Origin: Methylococcus sp.
GTDB taxonomy: Bacteria; Pseudomonadota; Gammaproteobacteria; Methylococcales; Methylococcaceae
NCBI GenBank assembly: GCA_028688525.1
Contig: JAQTYA010000002.1
Coordinates: forward strand, 21,930-85,929
Direction: 5' to 3'
Length of the DNA: 64,000 nt
This document shows positions 51,224-64,000 of this stretch, piece after piece. Numbering within the stretch: position 1 is the first letter of the stretch; the number at the start of each line of letters is the position of its first letter. A program made the translations under genes and the position numbers. The notes beneath the pieces are model-generated. The model worked only from the letters and a program-made list of their open reading frames with translations. It was not told the origin of the DNA and did no database searches.

Positions 51224-53953
51224 ATGAAAAGAATGTTGATCAACGCCACGCAACCCGAGGAACTGCGGGTCGCGCTGGTCGATGGACAAAAGCTGTATGA
51301 CTTCGATATAGAAATCCCTTCGAGGGAACAGAAAAAAGCCAATATCTACAAAGGCCTGATTACCCGCGTCGAGCCCAGCCTCGAAGCGGCGTTCGTCAAT
51401 TTCGGCGCGGAGCGGCACGGCTTCCTGCCGTTCAAGGAAATTCTGCCGAAATATCTCGGCGAGGAAAGCGTATCCCGGCGCGAAATCAAGGACATCCTCA
51501 AAGAAGGCCAGGAAGTCGTCGTCCAAGTCGAGAAAGAAGAGCGCGGCACCAAGGGCGCGGCGCTGACCACTTACATCAGTCTGGCCGGCAGCTATCTCGT
51601 GCTGATGCCGGACAACCCCAAGGCCGGCGGCATCTCCCGCCGCATCGAGGGCGACACCCGGTCGGACATGAAGGAGACGCTGAGCCAGCTCCAGATCCCC
51701 GACTCCATGGGCGTGATCATCCGCACGGCAGGCGGCGGAAAAACGGTCGAGGAACTGCAGTGGGATCTCAACTATCTGCTGCAATTGTGGGAAGCCATCG
51801 ACCGCTCCACCCGCGAAAAGCCGGCGCCGTTCCTGATTTTCCAGGAAAGCAACGTGATCATCCGCGCCCTGCGCGACCATCTGCGCGGCGATATCGACGA
51901 AATCCTGGTGGACAGCCCGGCGACCTTCAAGCTGGTGCATAGCTTCATGCAGCAGGTCATGCCGCAATTCATCAACAAGGCGCGCCTGTACCAAGACAAC
52001 GTGCCGCTGTTCAGCCGCTATCAGATCGAGAGCCAGATCGAGACCGCCTATTCCCGTGAAGTGCCTCTGCCCTCCGGCGGCGCCATCGTCATCGACCACA
52101 CGGAAGCGCTGACCTCCATCGACATCAATTCCGCCCGCTCCACCAAGGGCGGCGACATCGAAGAAACCGCGCTCAACACCAACCTAGAAGCGGCCGACGA
52201 GATCGCCCGCCAGCTGCGCCTGCGCGACCTGGGCGGGTTGTTCGTGATCGACTTCATCGACATGATGGCGGCGCGCAATCAGCGTGCGGTCGAAACCCGG
52301 CTACGCGAAGCGGTACGGGCAGACCGCGCGCGCATCCAGCTCGGACGCATTTCCCGCTTCGGCCTGATGGAGCTGTCGCGCCAGCGGCTGCGCCCCTCCC
52401 TCATCGAAACCGCCTTGCTGACCTGTCCGCGCTGCAAAGGCCAGGGCACGATCCGTGGCGTGGAATCTCTCGCCCTGTCCATCCTCCGCATGCTGGAGGA
52501 GGAAACGATGAAGAAGAACACCGACCGCATCGTCGCTCAGTTGCCGGTCGAGTCGGCCACCTATCTGCTGAACGAAAAGCGCGCCGCGCTGCAGCAGATC
52601 GAAACCCGGCAAAACGTATCTATCACTATCGTTCCCAACCCTCACCTCGATACCCCGAATTACGAGATCCAGCGGATACGCGCCGGCGGAACCGAAGACG
52701 AAGGTCGCAGGAGCAGCTACCAGCTGATCTCGGATAAATCGCCTGAATTTCAGAAACCGGTGCGCAGTCCCGCCCCTGCCGCCGAAACGCCCGCGGTACG
52801 GGAATTCATTCCCTCCGCGCCTCAGTCCGCCTCCGGCATGGAACGGCGTCCACCGCCTCAGCACCAGACGGTGCATCAGACCGGCGGCCCCGGCAGCGGA
52901 TTGATCAAGCGTTTCCTCAATATTTTGACCGGACAGCGCCTCGAGGACCAACCGCCCGCCGAAACCGGACGGCCTCTACCCGCTCCGTTCGTGCAGCCGG
53001 TTCAGATCGCCGCCGATGTGGAAGAACGAGCGGTCACGCCGGAAGACGGCGGACGCTCCGGCGGGCAGCGCAGGCGAGAACGCGATAGGGACCGGGACAG
53101 CAACCGGCGCAATGACGGCAACCGCCGGAAGCACCCAGGACAACGCGACGAGAGCGCCACCAGACGCCGCAATCCCGAAGTCGAAGCAACGGTCATAGAG
53201 CAGCAGCCTCAGGAGACTGCGACGCCGGAAATCGCAAACGCGGCAGGACAAGATAACCGGAACAAATCCCAGGAAGGCCGCAGCAGGCGGAGGGATGGGC
53301 GCGGACAGCGCCGCCGCGGCGCAACGCACGCCCCCGAGCTACCTATGGAAGAGGCCGTAGCCGGATCGGTGCCTGAAGAAGTCGCCGGCCGGGAAAATAC
53401 TCCTCAGCAAATTCCGGAGCCGATCATTCCTTCGGATTCCGGCGAGTCCCCGGATGAAGGCGAAAATCCATCTGCCGAGGCTCTCGAAGGCGGTGCGGAA
53501 AACTCCGAAACCAGTCCCCGTTCGTCGCGCTCGCGCCGCGGCGGCACCCGGCGCCGTGGCCGGGGCCGGCGGGATCGCCGCCCGGCAGAACCCGGGGAAC
53601 AGGAAGCCGGCGAGACATCCGAAACCTCCTGGGACGCCAGCTCGGAGCGCACCGCTGCGGAAACTGGAGCAGAACCGTCCACTGAGCGGAGCGAGCGGAC
53701 CAGCCAGCGTACCGGGGCTGAATCCGCTCCCCTATCCGAAGCCAGAGAAGCAGCGCCTAGCCCTAGTGCCGAGCCGGAATACTCCGCTCCCGGCTTGCCT
53801 CCTCGGTACACGCCCTCCCGCGAGACGTCGAACCAGGAAGATCCCGCACCCGGCTTACCTCCCCTACACCGGGAAACGGATAAGCCGGAGCGGGAAGCCA
53901 GGGAAGAGCGCCCCGAAATTCCGGCGGAGCGCATCCCCGGCTCTACGGACTAG
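51224..53953 (+). CDS. rne: Ribonuclease E
   Basis: [34 protein letters not shown], long disordered R/E/P-rich C-terminus. Confidence 0.98.
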   Translation: MKRMLINATQPEELRVALVDGQKLYDFDIEIPSREQKKANIYKGLITRVEPSLEAAFVNFGAERHGFLPFKEILPKYLGEESVSRREIKDILKEGQEVVVQVEKEERGTKGAALTTYISLAGSYLVLMPDNPKAGGISRRIEGDTRSDMKETLSQLQIPDSMGVIIRTAGGGKTVEELQWDLNYLLQLWEAIDRSTREKPAPFLIFQESNVIIRALRDHLRGDIDEILVDSPATFKLVHSFMQQVMPQFINKARLYQDNVPLFSRYQIESQIETAYSREVPLPSGGAIVIDHTEALTSIDINSARSTKGGDIEETALNTNLEAADEIARQLRLRDLGGLFVIDFIDMMAARNQRAVETRLREAVRADRARIQLGRISRFGLMELSRQRLRPSLIETALLTCPRCKGQGTIRGVESLALSILRMLEEETMKKNTDRIVAQLPVESATYLLNEKRAALQQIETRQNVSITIVPNPHLDTPNYEIQRIRAGGTEDEGRRSSYQLISDKSPEFQKPVRSPAPAAETPAVREFIPSAPQSASGMERRPPPQHQTVHQTGGPGSGLIKRFLNILTGQRLEDQPPAETGRPLPAPFVQPVQIAADVEERAVTPEDGGRSGGQRRRERDRDRDSNRRNDGNRRKHPGQRDESATRRRNPEVEATVIEQQPQETATPEIANAAGQDNRNKSQEGRSRRRDGRGQRRRGATHAPELPMEEAVAGSVPEEVAGRENTPQQIPEPIIPSDSGESPDEGENPSAEALEGGAENSETSPRSSRSRRGGTRRRGRGRRDRRPAEPGEQEAGETSETSWDASSERTAAETGAEPSTERSERTSQRTGAESAPLSEAREAAPSPSAEPEYSAPGLPPRYTPSRETSNQEDPAPGLPPLHRETDKPEREAREERPEIPAERIPGSTD

Positions 53954-53960
53954 GGGTACC

Positions 53961-53992
53961 GGCCGGGCATGAACGAAAGTCCACGCCCGGCC
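53961..53992. terminator. Hairpin between convergent rne and hrpA
   Basis: GGCCGGGCATGAAC-GAAA-GTCCACGCCCGGCC imperfect stem with GAAA loop. Confidence 0.55.
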
Positions 53993-54000
53993 CCACCGCA

Positions 54001-57000
54001 TCAGCCCACAGTCGAGATACGCTGCGACCAGAGTTCCCGCAGACGCTTCACCGAAACCGGATAGGCGGTTTTCATCTGTTGGGCGAACAGCGATACCCGA
54101 AGCTCTTCCAGCGCCCAGCGGAAATCGTCCCGCTCCGGCATGCAGGGGGCTTTCCCCTGCTCCACCGATTGCCAGTAGGGCCGCCAGAATGCCGAAAGCT
54201 CGGCCTGCAAGCGGGTATCCCGAACCGGATCCTGGCGGCTTTTGTCCAGTCTATGCTGCACCGCCTTGAGATAACGCGAAAAATGCCGCAAGCGTTCGTA
54301 CGGCGCCGCCGCCACGAAACCGGCGTGCATCAGGAGATCGAGCTGCTCGGCAACGTCTGGGGCAGCGGAATGGGCGCCCAGTGACTTCAGGAAATTACGG
54401 CATTCGGCGTACAGCCCCAGCGTTTGTTCGACCGTCTTCCCCACCTCCCCGGCCTTCGCCACCAAATCACCGCGCCGCTGCTCCAAGCGGGCCTCGAAGT
54501 CCTTTCGAGTCCGCAGTTCCGGTCGGTCGTCGAGGAACAACGCAGCCATGACGCGATCCAGCACGTCCTCCCGCAAATCGCGCCCGCTCCGATAGCGCGG
54601 ATGCGGCGGCAATTGACGGTAAAGCAGCTCCGTCGGCGCGCTGAGCGGCAGATTCTTGCGCAGATATTTGATCTCCTTTGCCAAGCTCAGCCGCAACAGC
54701 CGGACCAGGCCAAATTCATGCTGTACCCGAGCCTCGTCCACCAAGTCGTACACCCGTACCCCGACGCTCTCGCCTTCGTCGACGACGGCGGGAAAGCCGT
54801 GCAGAGTCTGGCCGTCGATCTGTCCGCTGTAGGCCGCCGGCAGATCGTCGAAATCCCAGGCGCGCCGTCCGTTCACGGCAATCTCCTGGCGGGCGATGTT
54901 CTGGAAATTTTGGCCGGCCTCGGCGCCGTGGCTTGCTTGGAGATGGCTGAGATCTCGGGAGCGAGCAATTACCACATTGTTTTCGTCCACCAGGGCATAG
55001 TTCATACGCAAGTGCACCGGCAGTGCGGCCTCTTCGAAGGCTGAAACCGGCGGCGCCACCCCGCCGATCTTTTTCAGCGCCGTCGCCAGTTCCGCCGGCA
55101 GCGAGCCTTGGCGATAGTCCAGCATGGGCAGAGCGCGGTCGGCGAAATCGGGGGCAGGCACGAAATGGATGCGCCAGGTCTTGGGCAAGGACTTGATCAG
55201 CGCCACCACCTTCTCCCGGTATAGTCCCTGCACCAGCCAGCGCAACGGCTCGGGGTCGATCTGGTTGAGCACGTGCAACGGCACGATGGCCGTGACGCCG
55301 TCGTCCTCGTGGCCCGGTTCGAAACGATACTCCAGCTTCAGGCGCACCGGCCCCAGGGCCAATTCGTCCGGAAAATCGGCCGCCGCCCCCGCTACGCCGG
55401 TGTCCAGCGTGATGTCTTCCCTCGACAACATCAGCAGCCTGGGCTCGCGGCGTTCGGCGGCCTTGCGCCAGACCTCGAAACTGGCGCCGTTGACCACTTC
55501 GGCGGGCACCCGCTCGTCGAAGAAATGGAACAGGGTCTCCTCGTCCACCACCAGATCGACCCGGCGCTCTTTCTGCTGGGAGTATTCCGCTTCTTCCAGC
55601 AACTTGCGGTTCGCCAGCAGGAACGGCGCCTTGCTATCGTAGTCCATGCGCACCAGGGCGGAGCGGATGAACAGCTCCCGCGCCCCGGCAGGGTCGACGT
55701 TCTCGTAAGGCACTTTGCGGCCGTTCTGCACGGTGAGGCCGTACAAGGCAGTGCGCTCGAACACCGCTCCCCGGGCGGCCTTGCGCTCCCAGTGCGGCTC
55801 GTAATAATGGCGCTTCAACAGATGAGCGCCGCATTTTTCGATCCATTCCGGCTCGATCTTGGCCACGGTGCGGGCATAGACCCGGCTGGTTTCGACCTGT
55901 TCGGCTGAAATGATCCAGACCGGCCGGGCCTTGAACAGGAACGAACCGGGGAAAATCTGGAACTTCTGCCCGCGCACCCCGGCGTATTCGCTCTGGTCCT
56001 GGCGGAAACCGACATGGCACAGCAGCCCGGTCAGCAAAGCCCGGTGGATCTCGCCGTATTCGGCGGGGACCTGGTTCATCCGAAGGCTTAGCTCGCCCTT
56101 GATGACTTCCATGATCTGCTGGTGGATGTCGCGCCATTCGCGCATCCGCAGGGCCGAAAGGAAATTGTCGCGGCAATACTGGCGCAGTTTGCTGCCGGAA
56201 AGATGGGCGCGCTGCGCCTCGTAGTCCTGCCACAGAGCCAGGATCGCCATGAAATCCGAATCCGGATGGCGGAACCGGGCATGCTTCTGATCGGCGGCCT
56301 GAGCCTTGTCCACCGGACGCTCGCGCGGATCGGGCACGCTCAGGGCGGCGACGATGATGCAGACCTCGTTCAGACAGTTCTCGTCAGCCCCGGCCAGGAG
56401 AATTCGGCCCAGGCGCGGATCGACCGGGAGCTTGGCCAGCCGGCGGCCCAGCTCGGTCAACCGGCCTTTGTCGTCCAGCGCGTTGATTTCCTGCAGGGTC
56501 TTGAGGCCGTCCCGCACCAGCCTCTCGTCCGGCGGCTCGACGAAAGGGAAATCGCGGATGCCGCCCAGGTTCAGCGCCTTCATCTGCAGGATGACGGCGG
56601 CCAAGTTGGTGCGCAGGATCTCCGGATCGGTGAATTCCGGCCGGTTCAGAAAATCCTGCTCCGAATACAGCCGAATGCACACCCCCGGCCCCACCCGGCC
56701 GCAACGGCCGGCGCGCTGGCTGGCCGAAGCTCGGGACACCTTCTCGATCGGCAGGCGCTGCAGCTTGCTGCGGTGGCTGTAACGGCTGATCCGGGCATAG
56801 CCGGCGTCGATCACCCCGCGGATGCCCGGCACCGTCAGCGAAGTCTCGGCCACGTTGGTGGACAGCACGATGCGGCGGCGCCCGTGCGGCTTGAAGATCT
56901 TTTCCTGGTCGGACACCGCCAGCCGCGAATACAGCGGCAGCACCTCGCAGTCGGTCGGATGGTGCTTACGCAAAGACTCGGCGGTGTCGCGGATTTCACG

Positions 57001-57900
57001 CTCGCCGCTGAGAAAAATCAGGATGTCGCCGGTATTCTCCCGATGCAGCTCGTCCACCGCACACAGGATCGCCTGCTGCTCGCCGCGGTCGGTCTCGTCG
57101 ATCTCCTCGTCGGCCAGATCTGGCGGGCGGTAGCGGATTTCCACCGGATAGGTGCGCCCGGAGACGCTGACGATAGGCGCGTCGTCGAAATGGCGGGAGA
57201 AGCGCTCGGGGTCGATGGTGGCCGAAGTGATGACCAGCTTGAAGTCGCGCCGCCTGGGCAGAAGCCATTTGAGGTAGCCCAGCAGGAAATCGATGTTGAG
57301 GCTGCGCTCGTGGGCCTCGTCGACGATAAGGGTATCGTACTGGTCGAGGAAACGGTCCGCCTGGGTCTCGGCCAGCAGGATGCCGTCGGTCATCAGCTTG
57401 ATGAGGCTGTCCGGGCGGGTCTGGTCGTGGAAGCGGACCTTGTAGCCCACGGTCTCCCCCAAGGGCCGCTTCAGCTCGTCGGCGATGCGCCCGGCCACGC
57501 TGCGCGCGGCGATGCGGCGCGGCTGGGTATGGCCGATGTAGCCCCGTATCCCGCGACCCGCTTCGAGGCAGATCTTGGGCAGCTGGGTGGTCTTGCCGGA
57601 GCCGGTCTCGCCGCAGACGATCACGACCTGGTTTTGCCGGACCGCTTCGGCGATCTCCCCCCGCCGCTCCGACACTGGCAGCTCCTCAGGATATTCTAAC
57701 GCCGGTACGGCAGCCGCCCGCGTCGAACACATGGCGATCGAGGCCTCGATCCGCCGGACGATCGCCTCCAGCTCGCCATCCGGCGGCTTCCCCTTCCCCG
57801 CGGAAGTTTTCAAGCGTTGCAGGCTGCGCCGCAGCGCAAACCGGTCCTTACCGAAACATTGATCCAGCGACCGTTCCAGCCGGGTGATGTGATCTAACAT
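54001..57900 (-). CDS. hrpA: ATP-dependent RNA helicase HrpA
   Basis: GETGSGKT, DEAH, SAT, QRAGRCGR, EELRVSLFAQ. Confidence 0.97.
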   Translation of the reverse strand: MLDHITRLERSLDQCFGKDRFALRRSLQRLKTSAGKGKPPDGELEAIVRRIEASIAMCSTRAAAVPALEYPEELPVSERRGEIAEAVRQNQVVIVCGETGSGKTTQLPKICLEAGRGIRGYIGHTQPRRIAARSVAGRIADELKRPLGETVGYKVRFHDQTRPDSLIKLMTDGILLAETQADRFLDQYDTLIVDEAHERSLNIDFLLGYLKWLLPRRRDFKLVITSATIDPERFSRHFDDAPIVSVSGRTYPVEIRYRPPDLADEEIDETDRGEQQAILCAVDELHRENTGDILIFLSGEREIRDTAESLRKHHPTDCEVLPLYSRLAVSDQEKIFKPHGRRRIVLSTNVAETSLTVPGIRGVIDAGYARISRYSHRSKLQRLPIEKVSRASASQRAGRCGRVGPGVCIRLYSEQDFLNRPEFTDPEILRTNLAAVILQMKALNLGGIRDFPFVEPPDERLVRDGLKTLQEINALDDKGRLTELGRRLAKLPVDPRLGRILLAGADENCLNEVCIIVAALSVPDPRERPVDKAQAADQKHARFRHPDSDFMAILALWQDYEAQRAHLSGSKLRQYCRDNFLSALRMREWRDIHQQIMEVIKGELSLRMNQVPAEYGEIHRALLTGLLCHVGFRQDQSEYAGVRGQKFQIFPGSFLFKARPVWIISAEQVETSRVYARTVAKIEPEWIEKCGAHLLKRHYYEPHWERKAARGAVFERTALYGLTVQNGRKVPYENVDPAGARELFIRSALVRMDYDSKAPFLLANRKLLEEAEYSQQKERRVDLVVDEETLFHFFDERVPAEVVNGASFEVWRKAAERREPRLLMLSREDITLDTGVAGAAADFPDELALGPVRLKLEYRFEPGHEDDGVTAIVPLHVLNQIDPEPLRWLVQGLYREKVVALIKSLPKTWRIHFVPAPDFADRALPMLDYRQGSLPAELATALKKIGGVAPPVSAFEEAALPVHLRMNYALVDENNVVIARSRDLSHLQASHGAEAGQNFQNIARQEIAVNGRRAWDFDDLPAAYSGQIDGQTLHGFPAVVDEGESVGVRVYDLVDEARVQHEFGLVRLLRLSLAKEIKYLRKNLPLSAPTELLYRQLPPHPRYRSGRDLREDVLDRVMAALFLDDRPELRTRKDFEARLEQRRGDLVAKAGEVGKTVEQTLGLYAECRNFLKSLGAHSAAPDVAEQLDLLMHAGFVAAAPYERLRHFSRYLKAVQHRLDKSRQDPVRDTRLQAELSAFWRPYWQSVEQGKAPCMPERDDFRWALEELRVSLFAQQMKTAYPVSVKRLRELWSQRISTVG

Positions 57901-57906
57901 GAGAAA

Positions 57907-58671
57907 TTATTGTGTCAGCCTGCGTTGCAGGCGCCAGATGGCAAGGAAAACCGCCGGCACGGCAAAAGCCAGAAGCGCCGCCGCATTCCGGAGCAAGCCG
58001 GGCTCCAGGCTTCCGGCCAGCAGCGGCCTTATCGCCTCGACCAGATGGAACAGCGGCAGGCACTCGCTGGCGACCCGGACGATCGCCGGCAGCCCGGCGG
58101 ACGGGAAAAACACCCCGCTCAGCAGCACCATGGGGGTGATGCACAGCGTGATGTAGTACACAAAGAAATCGTAGCTGCGGGCGAACGAGGTCACCACCAG
58201 GGCGATGCTGCCAAAGCAGACGCCGGCCAGGAACGCCAATGGCAGTACGCCTAACGCAGTCCAGCTAGCCGCCAGTCCGAAACCGGCGAGTACCGCCAGG
58301 ATCAATACCGCGCCGATCGTGCTCTTGGTACCCATCCACAGTACCTCGCCCATCACGACATCCGCCAGAGATAAAGGCGCCGCCAGCATGCCGTCCCAGG
58401 TCTTCAGCACCGCCATGCGGGTATAGGCCAGATAAAGCCCTTCGAAGGTCGCGGCATTCATCGCGCTGGTCGCCAAGATGCCGCTGGCGAGAAAATCCAG
58501 ATAGGGCATGCCGGCAACCCGGCCGACGTAACCGCCCAAACCGAACCCGAGCACCAGGAGCGTCAGCAGCGGCTCGACGAAGCCGCCCAGGAGTGCCGTC
58601 CGCGCGCCTTTGCGCCAGGCCCAGGCGTTGCGCCGCCACACCGAACGCCAGCGCTTAGCTGCCTCAAGCAT
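57907..58671 (-). CDS. nodJ: NodJ-like ABC-2 permease
   Basis: VWRRN, YLDFLASG, MNAATFE, SGVFFP; six TM. Confidence 0.8.
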   Translation of the reverse strand: MLEAAKRWRSVWRRNAWAWRKGARTALLGGFVEPLLTLLVLGFGLGGYVGRVAGMPYLDFLASGILATSAMNAATFEGLYLAYTRMAVLKTWDGMLAAPLSLADVVMGEVLWMGTKSTIGAVLILAVLAGFGLAASWTALGVLPLAFLAGVCFGSIALVVTSFARSYDFFVYYITLCITPMVLLSGVFFPSAGLPAIVRVASECLPLFHLVEAIRPLLAGSLEPGLLRNAAALLAFAVPAVFLAIWRLQRRLTQ

Positions 58672-59593
58672 CGCGCAGATCCCGTCCGGTGAGTTTCAGA
58701 AATACATCCTCCAGATTGGCGCGGCGATAGACGTAATGAACACCCTCCCAAGCGTCCAGCGAGCGCACCAGGCTCTCCAAATCGCCGCCGTAGTGGAAGA
58801 TGCTCTCGCCGATACGCTCGCAGCGCTCGTCTCGCTCCGCGGGGAGCGAGCGGCACCAAGCCTCGGCATTGGCGCCGTGCACTTCCAGCACATGCGGCTC
58901 GATACTCTCCCGAATCAGCGCCTGCGGGCTGCTGTCGGCCAGAATCCGCCCCCGGTCCATCAGGATGATCCGTCCGCACAACCGCTCGGCTTCTTCCATG
59001 TAATGGGTAGTCAGGACGATCGTCAGCCCGTCGTTCTGCAACTGCCGCAGCATGCTCCAGATATTGTGCCGCACCTGGGGATCGAGCCCTGTGGTCGGCT
59101 CGTCCAGCACCAGCAGCTCGGGTTGGTTGATGAGGGCACGGGCAATCGACAGCCGCCGCTTCATGCCGCCGGAAAGCTGGCCGATCCGGGCGTTGGCCTT
59201 GTCGGTGAGCACGGCAAGCTCTAGGAGCCGGGGAATGCGTGCCTTCAGCGCGGCCTCCGTCAATCCGAAATAACCGCCGTAGATGCGCAGGTTCTCGATT
59301 ACCGTGAAATCGATGTCCAGGTTGTCCTGCTGCGGCACCACGCCGATCCGGGCCCGCATCGCCCGCGCCTGCTCCGGTATCCGGAAGCCCAGCACCGAAA
59401 GTTCGCCGGAGCCGGGCGGAGTAGCACCCACCAGCATGCGCAGGGTCGTCGTCTTGCCGGCGCCGTTGGGCCCCAGTATGCCGAGGCACTCGCCCTGCCG
59501 GACGCCGAAAGACAAACCGTCCACCACCCGCTTACCCTCGAACGATTTGCTCAGATGGCGGGCGGCAACGGCGGGAGCAGTGGAAACAGTCAC
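58664..59593 (-). CDS. nodI: NodI-like ABC transporter ATP-binding protein
   Basis: GPNGAGKTT, LSGGMKRRL, DEPTTGLDPQ, ANLEDVFLKLTGRDLRD; start uncertain (GTG 59593 or ATG 59638). Confidence 0.82.
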   Translation of the reverse strand: MTVSTAPAVAARHLSKSFEGKRVVDGLSFGVRQGECLGILGPNGAGKTTTLRMLVGATPPGSGELSVLGFRIPEQARAMRARIGVVPQQDNLDIDFTVIENLRIYGGYFGLTEAALKARIPRLLELAVLTDKANARIGQLSGGMKRRLSIARALINQPELLVLDEPTTGLDPQVRHNIWSMLRQLQNDGLTIVLTTHYMEEAERLCGRIILMDRGRILADSSPQALIRESIEPHVLEVHGANAEAWCRSLPAERDERCERIGESIFHYGGDLESLVRSLDAWEGVHYVYRRANLEDVFLKLTGRDLRDA

Positions 59594-59717
59594 GAAGAGT
59601 GGGGAAAGAAAGCGCAGCGGGTTGAACGACGCTCGCATTATACATCGCCCCGACGCACGGCCTCCGTCCCTTCCTTGCTGGGGCCGGCACCCGCCTAAAT
59701 CTCTCTTTACCGGTGTA

Positions 59718-59815
59718 CCCACCTCCCGGCCGGCAGGTGGGAGGCCCCATCATGCCGGATCGGATTCCGGCATCCAGCGCCCAGCGCTTGCCCCGGACTC
59801 GATCCGGGGAATGGG
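59718..59815. repeat. Cluster of short REP-like palindromes
   Basis: CCCACCT..AGGTGGG, ATGCCGGA-TCGGAT-TCCGGCAT and CCCCGGA-CTCGA-TCCGGGG hairpins in series. Confidence 0.55.
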
Positions 59816-59842
59816 AACACCTCGGTCGAGCCGAAGGAACCG

Positions 59843-61921
<2,079 letters not shown>

Positions 61922-62269
61922 CGGGTGATCCGTCAGCTTTTACGGCAAAAGGCCGGAATAATAATCGCGGCGGTCCTGGTACGGCGCTAGGGCAATAAGC
62001 ATAGCGGAGCGCTACGGCTGAAATCGCGGGTACTCTCCGCTGATCCGAGCCAAACCCTCAACGGGAAGGGAATCTGATTCTGTTGGAGGTATTAAGGTTA
62101 TATTGCAACAATATTACGCGGTCAATCGACGGCGATCAAACCCGCCCAATAAAATCGAGAAACTTGCGCTCTGCCGGATATCAAGACCCCATGGGGAACA
62201 AAGAATCCAGGGATAGCTAGGCCCTCACGTCCCAATGTCTGGGATGCCGAAAGTCCGAACCACAGGCCT

Positions 62270-62294
62270 AAAAAAACGCGCCCCAAGGGGCGCG
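62270..62294 (-). terminator. Rho-independent terminator after the upstream surface-protein gene
   Basis: Minus strand CGCGCCCC-TT-GGGGCGCG followed by T7. Confidence 0.85.
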
Positions 62295-62357
62295 CCATTC
62301 GATCCAATCCAACCGCTGTCCAAGGCAAACCCATCCCCGGACGAACGCCCGGAAACG

Positions 62358-64000
62358 CTACTCCTTCTGGACGAACTTGGCCTTAACGGTCTTGCTCTTG
62401 TTCAGCTTCACCGTGCAAGGCTTCTTGCCGGCCGAGCCGCAGCCGCCGCCGATCCAGCGCTTGAACTTATAGCCTTCTGCCGGTACCGCCGTTAGCGTCA
62501 CTTGGCTGCCGACCTCCAGAGTCGCTCTGCAGACCGAACCGCAGTCGATCCCGCCGGCCGTGCCTGTCACCGTGCCTAACCCCACAGTCACGACGCTCAA
62601 GGCCGCGGGGTTCACCGGGGATACCGGCGCGGGGGTGGGGCTCGGTACGGCGGTGGGCGCCGGGGTGGGCGCTGCCGTGGGGGCGGGCGTCGGCACGGTG
62701 GTTGGAACCGGTGTCGCTGCCGGTTTCGGCGTGGCGGCCGGAGCCGGGGGCGGCGTCACTGCGGGCGTCGTAGTCGGCGCAGGCACCGGCGTCGCCGCGG
62801 CCGCCGGACGGAAGAAGGCCACGACTTCTTTCTTGGGACCGTCCATGCTCATCAGGCAGCTCTTGTCCTTCTGCACGATGTCGCAGTTCATCCAGTCGAC
62901 GAATACGCTGCCAGCTTTCGGCGTCGCCGTCAGGTACACCGCGCTGTCAGCACCGAAACGCCAGTCGCACACGGTGCCGCAGTAAATGCCTACGGGGCTG
63001 CTGGTGATAGTGCCATCGGCGCCGGCGGGGGCATCCACCCGGACGCGCATGCTGTAGCCCGATACGAAGTGTGCCGTGACTTGGCGCGAGCTGTTGAGCA
63101 TGAGGCTGCAGCTGTCCAGACTGGCGCTGTCGCAGCCGTCCCAGTGCGAGAACGAATAGCCTTGCGCAGGGACCGCGCTCAGGACGATGCCGCTGCCGCC
63201 GGCATAGCTGGCGCTGCAGTTCGTCGCGCCGCCGCCGCAGTTAATTCCGCCCGGCTGGCTGGTCACTACACCGCCGGCTCCGGAGACTTGGTCGTTGAGA
63301 AGCGTCTCAACGTTCAGCAGATAGCCCTCGGGAGTCGGCGTTGCGGTCGGAATCGGCGTCGGCGAAGCCGTCGGTTCCGGCGTCGGTGTCGGAACCAAGA
63401 AATTTGCCGTGACTGCCTTGTCCGCACTCATGGTCATGGTGCAGGTTAAATCGGCACCGACACTGTCGCAGCCGGTCCAGCCAGTGAGGCTAGCACCCGC
63501 ATTCGGCACGGCGGTCAGGGTCACGGAAGCCTCTGCGCTGAACACCGCGCTACAGGTCGCACCGCAATCGATCCCGGACGGATAACTGGTCACTACCCCC
63601 CCGACGGGGGAGAGCGTCACGGTCAAGGTCTTGCCGCCGACCGGGGGGTTGATCGACTGAAACTGCGCACCGCCCGGATACAGATACGAATCGTCAGTGT
63701 TGTAACCTTCCACGGTAATGCCGTGCCCCGCCGCCGAGGAAGCGGTGGTATGGACGCCGGAAGTCAACAGCTTGTTGGCATAGGAAAACCCCGTCCCGGC
63801 AATGGCCGTGAAATCTCCGGCTGCCAAGGCCACGTCATCGAGCAGCACCGTTCCGGCGGCGACGTCCGTGTCGGCAGCAATAATGGTGGCGTAATTTTCG
63901 GCGAACTGGGTGCCGCCCACGGTGGAGAACGTATAAGCCTTGAGGTACTGCGCGCTGGGGATCACGTTGCCCTGCGAAGGATCTCCGCTAACCGCGCTGG
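62358..64000 (-). CDS. Surface protein, 3' part: IgGFc-binding-protein N-terminal-like domain end plus four InlB B-repeat-like domains with PT/PA linkers
   Basis: Frame is open to the window edge (SAVSGDPSQGNVIPSAQY...SYLYPGG); four GI.CG..C...LTA.P...W.GC repeats. Confidence 0.75.
   Translation of the reverse strand, partial: SAVSGDPSQGNVIPSAQYLKAYTFSTVGGTQFAENYATIIAADTDVAAGTVLLDDVALAAGDFTAIAGTGFSYANKLLTSGVHTTASSAAGHGITVEGYNTDDSYLYPGGAQFQSINPPVGGKTLTVTLSPVGGVVTSYPSGIDCGATCSAVFSAEASVTLTAVPNAGASLTGWTGCDSVGADLTCTMTMSADKAVTANFLVPTPTPEPTASPTPIPTATPTPEGYLLNVETLLNDQVSGAGGVVTSQPGGINCGGGATNCSASYAGGSGIVLSAVPAQGYSFSHWDGCDSASLDSCSLMLNSSRQVTAHFVSGYSMRVRVDAPAGADGTITSSPVGIYCGTVCDWRFGADSAVYLTATPKAGSVFVDWMNCDIVQKDKSCLMSMDGPKKEVVAFFRPAAAATPVPAPTTTPAVTPPPAPAATPKPAATPVPTTVPTPAPTAAPTPAPTAVPSPTPAPVSPVNPAALSVVTVGLGTVTGTAGGIDCGSVCRATLEVGSQVTLTAVPAEGYKFKRWIGGGCGSAGKKPCTVKLNKSKTVKAKFVQKE

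Noticed and set aside
56122-57699. Long 525-aa plus-strand ORF, and similar long ORFs at 32516-34018, 42800-44152, 1833-3074 and 49190-50365
   Set aside because: Antisense shadows of well-supported genes, expected in high-GC DNA.
62318-62357. c-di-GMP-I riboswitch-like AAGGCAAACCCATC
   Set aside because: Downstream GAAA stem and GCAAAGC elements are absent, and it lies on the strand opposite the genes.

Overview
GC-rich gammaproteobacterial chromosome segment; gene content and protein sequences suggest a Methylococcus-like methanotroph (inference). Most of the window is housekeeping: hisZ(partial)-hflC-hflK-hflX-hfq; nagZ-hpt-methylthioinosine phosphorylase; a divergent soxY/soxZ pair; prfC; moeB-like; pqqABCDE (pqqA is missing from the ORF track); leuS-lptE-holA; an orphan parA; miaB-phoH-ybeY-corC-lnt; rpoE-rseABC-degP-lepA-lepB-DUF4845-rnc-era-recO; nadB; malQ, glgC, glgB, glgA; nudF-sppA-rluC; rne; hrpA; nodIJ-like ABC genes. 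Accessory material: (i) 10.1-11.5 kb, a low-GC trypsin-like protease gene resembling a stray integron cassette, a nested palindrome and a hydrolase pseudogene; (ii) a low-GC in-frame insert inside leuS; (iii) 25.6-30 kb, an islet with an FAD-oxidase pseudogene, a secreted alpha-carbonic anhydrase, a small secreted protein and a decayed ISAs1 element with intact 17-bp IRs and a 10-bp target duplication; (iv) 59.8-64 kb, two tandem surface proteins with unrelated N-terminal heads and a shared C-terminal two-domain module. No rRNA, tRNA or CRISPR array was seen. Family assignments come from motif recognition by eye, not database searches.
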